Origin: Carcharhinus longimanus
Taxonomy: Eukaryota
Direction of reading: 5' to 3'
Assembly (NCBI GenBank): GCA_030264375.1
Contig: JASCQW010000105.1
Coordinates: 45,576,540-45,640,539 of the forward strand
Length of the DNA: 64,000 nucleotides
Shown: positions 11,290 to 23,460 of the stretch, one piece after another
Layout of the letters: each line of letters opens with the position of its first letter
Numbering within the stretch: the first letter of the stretch is position 1
The notes under the pieces: generated by a model
The model's database searches: none
What the model saw: only the letters and a program-made list of their open reading frames with translations
Told to the model about the DNA's origin: nothing
Translations under genes and position numbers: made by a program

Positions 11290-13085
11290 CTTTTCAGACA
11301 GTTTTTCAAACAAAAGAGGAGTGAGATAAGCATGGTAGGTCCCAGAAACCTTTCAACCTGTACAGTGAAGCTAACTTCAGAGACACAGAAGATCCACCAG
11401 GTTGTAACATTGATGGGTTGAATGCCAATATTTTAAAATACACAGATGACATTGCACTATGCAGATTGCAAAATCAGAAGAAGCACTGCAGGGAATTGTG
11501 AATAGAGTGTAAGGCAAGGAATGTGGAACATGGGTTAAGAGTGAATATAACAATGAGTTAGACAATAGTAAGAAGCAAAAACTAACCTCAGAAGTGAAAA
11601 TTGACATGATTGTGCGATCTGAAGGAGGACTGAGATGGCCAAGGGCAGCTCTGTCAGAATGAGGGACTTGTTAACATCAAAGAAACTGAGCCAAAAGAAT
11701 GTTGAGGTGTATATTTTGTCATCCATGTTATATGCCTCGGAGATATGGACAACAAACAGAGTCACCTGATCAGCTGAATACATTCTGATTCAGACATATT
11801 GGAGGACATTCCACATATCCTACACAGACATAGAGACTAAATGCTGGAGAAAAGAAGAATATAATGTATAACACTAAAGAGAGAAAGATACAATATTTTG
11901 GTCACATCATTAGAGCAGCTAGTAGATGGAGATAATTTTTGGAAATGAAGATCAATGAAAAACCTGGGAGAGGGAAGCAGAGGAGTCAGTGGGTGACAGA
12001 TATAATAGCCAGGATTCTCCCTAAAAAATTCTAAGTCCTCAATTCATGTGAAAATGAAACGTTGGTTTCTTTAGCATGATTTTCAGATTGAATCTCCAAC
12101 ACTCTTCAGCACTGCAGACTGCCCTATCAGGATTGCCTCTGAAAATCAGAGGGCGGAGCCTTTTCCCGTTGGTGAGGCCGACAGCATACGGCTAAGCGGG
12201 CCACAGCGCATGTGCCGAGCCGTCAGAGCAGATATTGGCGCACATACAGTAGCCCACATTGCTGGCCCCCTGGTCTCTGGCCAGCCAAAATCACTGACCA
12301 GCCCCTCAGCCCCCATCGTTGCCCCTCCAACCCTGCACTCCTCCCGAATCACTGGCCTCCTGGATTTCTCCGGGCCAGCCTCGATTTCCTCCCATCCCCT
12401 GGCCAGCTCCGATCTCCCCGATCCCTGATCAGAAATGATCTTCCCCGGCAGCTCCCTCACCCTACCCTCATCCCCACCCAGCAGCCCCAGCACCCAGCTT
12501 CTCCCCCAACCCCCAGCAGCCCCAACACTACCCTCCCCAACCTGGATGATCAGCCCNNNNNNNNNNNNNNNNNNNNNNNNNNNNNNNNNNNNNNNNNNNN
12601 NNNNNNNNNNNNNNNNNNNNNNNNNNNNNNNNNNNNNNNNNNNNNNNNNNNNNNNNNNCCCGGAAGCCCCCCCCCCAATGCCTGATGGGCAGTGCCAAGG
12701 GGCCCCTTGGGCATTGCCAGTTCGCCCTTTGGGCAGTGACAGGGAGGCAGATGCTGGCAGGCCTAGAGACCTCAGTCCCATGCCTATTAATTCAATGTAA
12801 ATGGGAAATTAAATATTGGAATCAGCTCCACACCAATTTCTGCCATGGAGCTAATTATTCTGAAAAGTTTTGCCGCAGAGATGTGCTGAGGCCCAGGCGT
12901 CCAGCAGGAAGCCTGCAAAATGATCTCCACTGATATCTCCCATGCCATCGCACTGCTAGAGCAGCACAGCCGGCTGGGGGAATCGCCCCCAACGAATTAG
13001 ATGCAGCTGAGCTATCTGGGAAGTACAGACAGAGGTAGAGATCCATGCAAGTCAACCATCTGGAAATAAAATGATAGCAAGGAAC
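11290..13085 (+). mobile_element. RTE-clade LINE 3' part, split by a MITE at 12007-12990
   Basis: FNLYSE...ILKYTDDIAL (YADD motif), YFGHIIR and GRGKQRSQW motifs. Tail-like sequence resumes after 12990. Confidence 0.7.
12007..12990 (+). mobile_element. GC-rich PIF/Harbinger-type MITE
   Basis: Imperfect TIRs AGCCAGGATTCTCCC / GGGGGAATCGCCCCC. Subterminal homology to 13504-14332 and 32248-33226. Confidence 0.75.
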
Positions 13086-13503
13086 AATGATGCAATTGTA
13101 TACTGTTTAATTTGGGCCACTCTGAGTTCTAAATAGTGTCCAAATCCAATGATATCTTGTCCAGTTTATCAAAGACAACTTTTTTTTTTAATTGGAGACC
13201 ATTGCAGGTTATTTTCCACTTGTGTTTAGAAATGGCTGAAATGTGTAGCGATACTAGCCATGTTTATTTGACATGATAATAACACTCATGAGATTGCACA
13301 GAAGTTGGAAACTCGGATTACAAGTGGGAATGAACCAGAGGTCAGTCAGCATCCGAAAGATAAAAATAATATTTTTGGCATAATCTTTCATTAGAATGGA
13401 ATATTCCTACCCAAAATATTAACATTTTTATTTTGCTGACATTGACCAATCTGCTGTGTGTTTCTGGTATTTTCTCTATACCATGTAATCCTTTGAAGTC
13501 TGT

Positions 13504-14332
13504 GGGCTCAATTCTCTCATCCTGATGTGCATGTCTTTTGGTGCATCGGGTTGGGAGAGACACGTTGGCCAATTCATGGGATTCATGCATGCATTCCCGA
13601 CGCATTTGCATCTCCCAAAGCCGGAGAACAGGCAGAGTTAGAACCACGGGGCGAGGCCTAGGGGTGGGGCGTCCTGCTGCTATTCTGTAGATAGGATCAG
13701 TCAGGGCTGGAGGGAGGCCAGTGATCAGGGTTAGTGGGGTAATGGACTGCTGGGGGGGGCGGGGTCTGACTCCTGTGGGAGGTCTGCGACGGGTATCTGC
13801 TAGTGGCGGGGGTGTGGGATGGGGATCATCATTGCTGAATGGGGTGGGGGGCAGCTGGAGATTGCGAGGGGATGGGGGCAGAGGGGAGGGTCGGGATTGG
13901 CCCAGGAATGCTTGTGCAGGCTGCAGTAGGGCCATGGGGGGCTTGCTGAAGGGGCAGCACTGCAGGGGTCCTGGGCTGGCCAGTGATCAAGCTGGACAGC
14001 AAACTGCACTCTGACAGTTCGGGGCTACTGCACACGTGCATGCTTGGTGCATGCGCAGGGGCCCGGAACTACCTGACTGTAGCGTGAATAGGCTGAGCTT
14101 TTAATGAGATTCACAATTGTGACATCTGCTGACCCCCACCCCTCCAGGAGGCAGACAACCCCCCTCCAGCACACCTTGATCGCTGGCCTTTTTCCAGCCC
14201 TGACTAGTCCTATCTGCAGCATGGCAGAGTGTAGGAGATTCGAGTCTGAGCTCCCACTGAAAAAACAATTGTGAATTACAACATTTTTCTCGCCAATTCT
14301 GCACTTAGAGTTTTTTTGGGAGAATCGGGCCC
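13504..14332 (-). mobile_element. GC-rich PIF/Harbinger-type MITE
   Basis: TIRs GGGCTCAATTCTC / GAGAATCGGGCCC with a 3-bp TSD TGT at 13501-13503 and 14333-14335. Confidence 0.82.
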
Positions 14333-14929
14333 TGTATTTCTACAACTGAATAACATGGAGATACAAAGCCAAAGAGAGAGGAAAAAAACAGCATTTTAGT
14401 TGGAAACAATTTCATCCTTTTTGGCCTCTCACAGAAAAGGGAGGCTGAAGAATTGTTGAATGTTGCATGTTTTCTCAAATCTGTGTTTTGACATTCACCA
14501 TTAGTAATCTATGAAAAACACATTTTGACAACTATAGGAGTTATCTGATTGTAAATTTCCAAAGGGTATTCAGTTTATATCAGACCTAAGTCACTGGAGA
14601 CTGAAAAGCTGCAAATAGAAAACTAGGTGAAATAGAGAGTCAGCAGCAGGGTAGATGCTTTATAGCAGCGAGATGCTTAGAAATGACAATCCTGGAAGTA
14701 AGTTTTTAAAAAGGTGTTATTTTGTATAGTTTTCTTTAGTGTATGTAATGAGCTTTGCTATCAAATTATCTTTCACATGGCCACATTATTTGAAGCAATT
14801 TCAATTTAAAGAAAATTCTTTGAAAGTGTCTTTGGAAAAGACTCCAACAAGTTAATGGGCAAGACAGCCAGATTTTTTAGTTAGTATCCCAGCAGTGGTG
14901 ATGCCCAAATGTGGCATATAATAAAAAAA

Positions 14930-15345
14930 TCAAAGACTTACACTTTAATTACATCTTTTGTGCTCTTAAGACATCCCAATAAAATATTTGGAAGTCAAGT
15001 CACTGTTGCTTGCAGGGAATGCAGCAGCCAATTTGCATACAGCGAGATCTTACAAACAATGTGATAATGATTAGAAAATATTTAGTAACGATGGTAGAAT
15101 GAATGGCGGCTGGGACATCAGGGAAAACGCCCCTGCCTTCCTTAGAAATATGGGATTTCTTAAATCCACACAAAAAGGGTAGAAGAAGCTTCAGTTTAAT
15201 TTCTCATCCAAGAGACAAAACCTTGAACAGGGCAGCACTCCCTCAGTGTTGTGCTGGACAGTCAGCTTAGATTTCTTTTAAAAACTTACCTCTTGATCCA
15301 TAACCTTCTAACTCAAGAGGTGAGAGGGCTGTACTAAGCCAAAAC
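14930..15345 (-). mobile_element. DeuSINE-like SINE (SacSINE1/AmnSINE-related)
   Basis: gcagccaatttgcatacagcgagatc and tttaatttctcatccaagagac...gcagcactccctcagt, which I recognise as DeuSINE-type sequence. Confidence 0.7.
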
Positions 15346-15437
15346 TGACCTAATAATGCTCCCAATAATTTGCACTTATGTAAAGAGATATATCTGTTCT
15401 GATTTAGGATATGTGCAGCAATGAAGAAACAGTATTA

Positions 15438-15890
15438 GAACAACAAGAGTGTATATTCATATAGCACCTTTAAAATAGTTTTATATATATAAAGGCATTT
15501 CACAGGAGTGTTATCAATCAAAAAGCAAGCCACCAAATGCAAGGTCAAAGAGGTAGATTTTAAGGACTGACTTGAAAGGAAGAGAGCAAGATCAAGAGGG
15601 AGAAAGATTTAGGGAGGGAATTTCAAAGGTTAGGGCCTAGGTGGCTGAATGCATGGCCACTGATAGTGGCAATATTAATGCACAAGGTCAGAATTGGCGA
15701 AGGATAGTGTTTTCAGAGGTTGGAGTAACAAAGAGGGCTGAGGTAAAGCTGGGATTTTAATACAAGAAACAGAATTTTAAAATTGAGGTCACATTAGGAG
15801 TCGATCAGCAAGCACAGGGATGAAGGGATGCAGAACATAATTCAATTTAGGATATGGCAGCAGACTCTTATATTAGTTCAAGTTTATGGA
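15438..15890 (-). mobile_element. L2 LINE 3' end
   Basis: aacaac...atatagcacctttaa...gcatttcacaggag tail and tttagggagggaatttca...ttagggcct. Confidence 0.72.
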
Positions 15891-17699
15891 AATTGTTGAA
15901 AAAGCCTTTTCAAACCTGCTGCTCTAATTAAAGAGTACTCAGTGGACTACAGGCTGCTTATATCAGAATGTCATGGACTTGATCAATTACATATCCACTG
16001 GAAAATGCATAGATCTATTCCTCGTTAATTGTTTCATGGGATGTAGGCATCACAGGCAAGGCCAGAATTTGTTACTGATCCCCAATTGTCCTTGACAACC
16101 TAGTGACTTGATTAGCTATTATATGTGGCAAATAATAGTCTTGCTTTGGGTCTGAAGCTCAAACTGCAGACATTTACTGCAGACTTGTTTTCCCTGGGTG
16201 ATCCTGGTGTCCAGGAACCCCCACATTCTGCAGTCACAACAATTTACTTGCCTAACCATCTTTGTGTGTTAATTCGTTTTTTCTTAATTAATTGATTATG
16301 AATAAACACTGTTCAGCACAATAATATTCAGTACTGCTAGTAAACCTCAGCACAACTAATACAAATGTACAACTTATTGTACATTACACAAGTTTTGAAG
16401 ACAAATCAGCAAAATGTTCACCCATCAACCTGCATTCCTGTGATATTGCAGTTTGATTTCTCTCAGAATGCAATTTCTTTGTTCTGGAGCCACAGACTGG
16501 ACTAGTTTGGATAGCTCTTCTAGGTGATATTACTACCTCCAGGTCCTCTTTTCGCCACCTGCTTTCTCTGCAGATTACTTTCATTTTATGAACGCAACCA
16601 AATTCTAACATGCAGTCAGGACCCTTTCTCACCCATGATTAGAACTCTATTAAAAAATAAATATCTTCTCTGATACAGCTAAAACCTTCATCATGATGAA
16701 TATATTATAAGTGGCACCTTTGTAAATGACTCTCTCTTTCTTTATTTCTTTCCTTTCCTTCACAATTTTCATCAGAGGAGCATTTGTCTCACAAATATTT
16801 ATTGGTTCAGCAAACTAAGAATGGTGTAATTTACACAATAGAGTGGCTTTCTATCATCACTTCTAGAATGGTAATCTGGTGAGATGGATCACATGTTCCT
16901 TGGAACCCATTTGATTTTTGTTCTGTAATGGAGTGAAAATCAGATGGGTTCTTATAAGGGTCATGACTATCTCAGCAGTGAGGATGGAAATGTATCCTTA
17001 TAACTCACTTATTCAGTAAAGGCAACATAAAATCAACTTTTTATTTCAGATTTTTAGCCATGGTTTATTTTTAAATGATATATGATCAACTTCATTAGGT
17101 GGTGGAGAAGACTCTTGGATTTTTAATCACACCGCCACACCCCTCCCACAGTCAAATATCCTGCTAGCATTCAATTTTCAAGTACATGGATAAAGATTAG
17201 TCACTTAAGAAAGCCACATCTTCAATACGGGGATAGAAAGAAATTAGACAGCAGCGACACAGTGACGCAACTTCATCACCAGTCACTTTAGCTTTCTTGG
17301 ATTTATTTCTGAAACCTGATAAGGGTTTCTAAGCCAATAATGCAAAATCCCCCCTATGATAAAGGAGCAAGCTGCAGTATTTACATCACCTGCTTCAGTC
17401 ATCTACCCCATTCAACATGGAAGCACTCAAGTTACTGAACCAGGTTATTTTTGATGCTGGCTGGAATTGAATAGAATCAACAATTCCCTGCTCCATTGGT
17501 CAGTAATCATAAATAAGTTGCCATCAACATTACAACACCTCAACATTGGACTTCATTCCCATCCCCACTCCCATGTCTGCAGTTGGCGATCACTTTTCCA
17601 CTTAAATAACACCTTGGACTTCAACATTCCCTCCTGAGGCCAAGACTATTTGCAGGTGTTAAATCTACTGCCACCCAGGGAAACAGTCACTCACCTGTC

Positions 17700-17722
17700 T
17701 CCCCCCCCCGCCCCCCCCCCCC
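17700..17722. repeat. poly(C) tract next to a gap
   Basis: About 22 C residues with one G. Confidence 0.9.
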
Positions 17723-17733
17723 NNNNNNNNNNA

Positions 17734-18200
17734 ATTAGGAGTAGGTCATTCAGCTCCTAAGCCTGCTCTGTGATTTGAGAAGATCATGGTAAAATCTGAA
17801 TGTAGCCTCAACTTCATTTTCCTGCCTGCCTGCCCCCATAACACTTGACTCCCTTGCCGATCAGGAATCCAACGCAGCCTTGAATACATTTGATCATCCA
17901 GCTTCTGCTGCTTTGAGAAGGCACATTCCACAGGCTAATGACCCTCTTGTGTGAAAATATCTCAAATATCTTAAATTGGCGACTTTTTAATGTTAAACTA
18001 TTGACTGATCCTCATCTCATCCATAAATGAAAACATTCTTCCAGTATCCACCGTGTCAAGTCCCCTCAGAATTGTATACGCTTGGTATGTTCACCTCTCA
18101 TTCTTCTAAACTCTAATGGGTATAAGCCCAAGCTGTCTAACCTTTCCTTGTATGACAGCCACTTCATCCCAGGGATTGTCTGAATGGACCTTCTCTGAAC
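17734..18200 (-). mobile_element. CR1/HER1 3' fragment
   Basis: aggagtaggtcattcagctcc...gcctgctctg tail and tcacctctcattcttctaaactc (reverse of LEFRRMRG). Confidence 0.82.
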
Positions 18201-21200
18201 GGTTTCTTATACACTGCTGGCTCTTGAACCTACCTCTGCAAAAATGGCCTGGTGAGCACGAAGTGAGAGGGAGCCTGAAAATATCACACTGGCTAGCATG
18301 CCAGTTTCACAATCCCATTCCCAGTATCAGCAATTTGTGCCAAAGAGGGTCCGACAGGGCTACCTGGCCTCGCCAGTTAGGCTCATTAACTACCTTAAGG
18401 GCACTCAAAGGAAGCTGACAATGATGCTTCAGTTATCCTCCAGTTTCCCAATGCAAAAGGGGGAAGTTTGAAGATCTGGAGTCAGGCACCTAAGCCATAG
18501 TTTGGAGCATTAGAGTTCTAGGCATGCCTGCCTGGGTGCAAGTGAAGCTAAACAGTGCCCTGTCAAGGTATTCCACACCCAGCTCCTTACAGTCATGATC
18601 TGGTTGCATTTTCTGCATTTTGTTTAAATTTGTAATAAAGTTGGCAAGGGGCTCCTCCAAATTGAAGTGTCTTGTCAGTATGTTATCGATTGCTACCTCT
18701 TGCAGTCCTGCTGAGGGTGGAAGGCCTCTGATTGGCTGCCACTTTAACTTATATAAGGAACATTTCTCCATGCCAATTAAGGACATGCCTCCATAAAAAT
18801 GCCAGATCAGTGACCACTTCCTTCTGAGAGCAGATTCAGGATATTAAAAACCACCCCAATTCTTGTTCTGGTGCCCAAAGAAAATTTGTCATTGTCTGAA
18901 AACTTTGCATTGATTTTGATTCATGAAACTGCATTCTTACCATGGTACAATAAAATTAAAAGTCTGTCAAATAAACATGTAAATTGTTAGTTAAAAAGAG
19001 GGTTTAAAGCTGTTTTAATCCAATAGGTGTTCAATCACAAGTCAAAATTTAACAAGTAACTTGCAATGCACGAAGGCAGTTTAAAGAGTCAGCATAAGTA
19101 ACGAGTTTAATGTTGAAGCAGTTGTCTGAAGTGATGCAGCAGGTTTCACATTCTTTATCAAATTTAAAGAGGGCTTGTAAAATTAATTGACTAACAAAAC
19201 TTTCAAATTGTTAAATTTAATAGGAACTTTAGGTTCAATGTCGCTTAACATTTCACGTAAAATGAAAAACAAGTCATAGAATTAAAACTGAATTACCTGG
19301 ATTCCTGCACAACACAACTATCAGAACACTGAAATGTAGCAAACTGGTATGAATTTGTTAATATGCTGGCAGATTTTCAAAAGGTTTTCTTTAATGCAAT
19401 GAGCAGAATGATTTCTTTCTGTGGTAATGATGATTCTACATTCTTCAGGAAGAGTGTTAGAGGTTAATACAGATGGAAGATCTCATTTGAGTAAAAAAAT
19501 TGATGCCATGTTACCACAGTTGAAGCATGGTGTTGCCTCAATAGTTCTCAAACAGATTCTGTTCTTGTCAAATGCAGGGACATCATTTTTCAGAAACAGT
19601 CAGTGCCAGCATTTCAGCTCCTGGGGAAATATCTTGCAGCAACAATTGTAAATGCTACATCCTGAGCTTTAGCGAGAGTTTGATGTTTTTTCCTTCTGCA
19701 TTTTTCATGGAACCTAAAGGTTTTGTGATTCATATGGTTATTATATATCACCAATCCTGCTAATGGAGTTTTCTCCATTTAGAAGGCACTTCATCAAGCA
19801 GCGGCATTCCTTTAAATCATTCGTAATACCTGTAACCATCTGTAAACTAATACTGTAATCAGTATTAACACAAGCACATTTCATTCAGACTGCACTTGTG
19901 CTTTGTGGTGTGTGGTGAAAGATTGAGTGGGGTTTTGTTGGTTCTTTCGCAGCTCATGAACTTCACAGATCTTGGTAAATCACACCAATTAATGTTATGG
20001 AAAATTTAAGCTTAGAAAGGTTAACCGACTTGAGTTGTGCCAGTGGGATGTAAACTACTTTTAACGGAAGCATTTATTTTTCCCTTTTTGAAATGATTTG
20101 TGTCACCACCACTGTAATTAGTTTCTCCAAACCCACTCTCCACATCCATGCACCAACAGTTTGAACAGGATGTTAATCAGGAGTAAATTTAATCAGTGAA
20201 ACAATANNNNNNNNNNGTTCTTGCTGAATTTGACATGAGCGAAATGAAACACCTGCTTGGGAGTACTTCTCAGGGCTATCCTTATCACAGTGAGGCCAGC
20301 AATATTTTTATATTGAATCAGGGGAATGCAGTAGGTTGTGCTTAAGTACTCAGTGCACAGATCAAAGTCAAAACAATTTGCTGTGCTTCCATTTCACATT
20401 AATGCCTCTGTCATCTTGCAACTGTTCACTCACTCAGGCAATACATGAGAGATATGACTAACACAACACACAGGGTATCGTCTGTTATAAATGTCTTTAC
20501 TAATATCTGAAGGTGCCCTATGCTATCATAATGTGCACTGCATCATAAATATAGCAGAGTTTTTTTAATTTAAATTTAGTTTAAGATTTCTACTCTTATT
20601 GGATTGGTAAACCTCTGCTTTTGTGACATATTCAGGATTGTCATTTTACAATGTAAAACAGTGTGCTCCAGGCTATAGTTTAATAACACCCTTTTGATAA
20701 ATTGACATTCTTTAGAAAATTAAAGCAAACAAGAGAGAAACTTTTTCACATTTGAGAATATGAAGTCTAGTACAAAGAGTATTAAATGTAATAACTGCAG
20801 TGCTGAAACTTGATGGAGAGACCATTGAATTGGCAGCATAGAATTGGCACATTAGCCATCACCATGACCATTCTTCAGGGAGGGCAGACATTTGGAATTG
20901 CAAGTTGTCCACCAGCCATGCCCTTTGGAGACATTCACCTCCCTCCATCCCTTCGCCCCTGAAACTGACAGCAGCCAATGGTAATCAACACATTTGGGCT
21001 GTGCTTCCATAGTTTCCATTCATGCATTCAGCATTCCCAACCCATGGTCTTCATTACTTATCCATTATCCTGGTCATTCAACGAACTCTTATATTTTCCC
21101 ACTATTGCTGTATCTCTCCAATAATCTGATCCTTGCTGGTATCTCAATATTATGAGACCCACGAGTCGAGAAGAATCTTGCCGCAGTGCAGATTTTACCC

Positions 21201-21440
21201 ACAGAGAGGAGAACACAACTGTGCATCCAGTTGCTTCAAATATCAATCCCTGTAATTGACCAGAGGCACTGACCTTAATGTCCACCTGCCTGAAAAGGCA
21301 GACCTCCCATATTGAGAGATCACACTGACTAACTGTTTGGTCAAGGTCAAATTGGAAAAATAGTGTGTGTCAATTTTCAAACATGCTCACCACCTCCAAC
21401 TTCCCTTATTACCATAGGCAACCCAATATCACCATTCCTC

Positions 21441-21627
21441 AAAGATAAAAGCAAAATACTGCGGATGCTGGAATCGGAATCAGAAACAAAAACAGAAAAC
21501 GTTGCAAAATCTCAGCAAGTCTGAGAGTATTTGTGAAGAGAGAATGAAGCTAATGATCTGAGTCTGGATGACCCTTCATCAGAGCTCAGATGAAGGGGTG
21601 TCCAGACTTGAAAGGTTGGCACTATTC
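21441..21627. mobile_element. Fold-back Penelope-like non-autonomous element (family B) with two decayed hammerhead motifs
   Basis: Exact 14-bp TSD TATCACCATTCCTC at 21427-21440 and 21628-21641. Palindrome is centred on AGCT (21583-21586). Minus-strand CTGATGA at 21576-21582 and plus-strand CAGATGA...GAAA at 21587-21613. Confidence 0.8.
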
Positions 21628-23344
21628 TATCACCATTCCTCTCCCCTCAGTCACTCTTAAACCCCCTCCCATTATGCTGGACCTTCTAACGATCCACCTC
21701 CAGATGCCTTCCCTCTCCTCAGAGCTGAAACCCATTAACCATTGCCATAGCCAGCCTCACCCTATCTTCTCTGGTTATCCACTGTCTACTTCCCCCTCCC
21801 TGAAACAACCCCGCTTGCTTCTCTTGTTCAATCTTGTTGCAGAGTTCGTATAACTTCACTTGAATGCCGGTCACAAAGGCAAAAGCATCTCAATGTCATG
21901 GAAGAGGTGAAGCTTTTGTACCATTTATATACATGTGTAAAACTAGACATTCTAAATTTTTGCAGGCGGAGAACTTAATTGGGAGAACAAACCTACTTTG
22001 GGTGTGGCTGTCTTTTAATTAGCAAGCACAGCATGCTGATGAATGCAAGTTGGGTTCTCAACCTTCCTTTAAATTGCACTTATCAAAGTTGGGAGAACAA
22101 AACTCCAAAATAATCTCTTGCCAGCCAGGAACTGACTTTTTCTAATCATGGCGGTTTAAGTGCCCCACCCACTACAATCTCTGCAGCTGGTAGGAGTAGG
22201 AAATCCAGCCCAATGTCTTTACGTTTTTTTGCCATTTTTAAGATGATTTCAGCTAATATTCAGATTCGCAAATAAACCAGTGGTGAGCATTTCATTTTAA
22301 AAAAACTGCATTTTGTTATATGCTTTTGTTTTTCTGCTCAACTTTTCTGTTTTCTCTTCTGAAGGGCAATAAGCTACTGTTGGGGCTATACCTTCTCATG
22401 TGACAACAAGAATCAAACAGCTCACCTACATGTCATTTCTTTGTACTTGAGAGTAGAAACTGAGAAGGCTACTTAAATCTCAGAACATCACAGCTAAAGC
22501 ATATTCTGCCCACAAGCCACATCCAAGAATGAAAAACCCTGCTATCTTTCTCTTCTACTGAGCTCAAAAATAAAGCAGCTATTTATAGCAGATCTACTAA
22601 CAAAGAACATGACCAATTTGGGATCTGAAATCACCACGTGGTATATTCACTCAAGTTACCAGTGACTCTTTTGAAGCTTGCATATCTTCATGTGTTTCAT
22701 GTTTTGATTCTCAGTTTAGAACAAGCTTTACAATATCTTTACAATAATCAGCTATTTGATGGTAGTAGTACCCTCACTAAAGTATTTTCGACAGGTGTGA
22801 TTAAATGATTTAGCCTGAGGCACGACATGAAATTGAGGTCTGCTCTCCTCTGCTGACTACATTCCAGCACACCTGACCACAAGTTAGCTTTCTCGTAAGA
22901 TTGAATTGTGGCAACCAGCAGAATAGTGAAAAAGGAAGATGAAAGAATGAATAGAGGAAAATGGCCAAACTTGGTGTAAAGTATACATGTCATCTCTCCA
23001 AGATAGTTCCATTTGTAACCACTCAAGATGTTCAATGCACATTTCTAGGTATTGAAAATCTCAGGTGATAATCAATATACTTTGAACCTTTCCTTTCCTC
23101 ATTGTTTTTCTCTGCAAATATAGACACTCTTTAGCTATCGCGTGTAGTGCGGTTTTGTGGGCACACAAATGGAAGATATTTAATTCTCTTAATGGACCTC
23201 TTTCATTACTGCCGCTTTCCATCACACTGTTCTCTTGTTCTTTCTATTCCTCTGTGCAATATATCATTTCTTCTCTTTTATCACTTGCACTCACAATGTG
23301 TTAATGGCAGTGAAAATTCATGAGGATGATAGCAGAAATTATAG

Positions 23345-23460
23345 TATTGCAGTGGCTCAAGAAGGCAGTTCACCGCCACATTCACAAGGGCAATTAGAGT
23401 TGGACAACAAATGCTGGCCTAGCCAGTGATGCCAACATCATGCAAATTATTTTTTAAAAA
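23345..23460 (+). mobile_element. CR1-type 3' tail
   Basis: caagaaggcagttcaccgccac...aagggcaattag...aaatgctggcctagccagtgatgcc. Confidence 0.75.

Noticed and set aside
12146-14304. Long Pro/Gly-rich ORFs (up to 211 aa) on both strands, also at 32457-33144
   Set aside because: They arise from GC-rich, stop-poor MITE interiors and N gaps, with no protein motifs.
17380-17660. Possible Penelope GIY-YIG remnant as the autonomous partner of the fold-back elements
   Set aside because: Similarity is too weak to support by eye.
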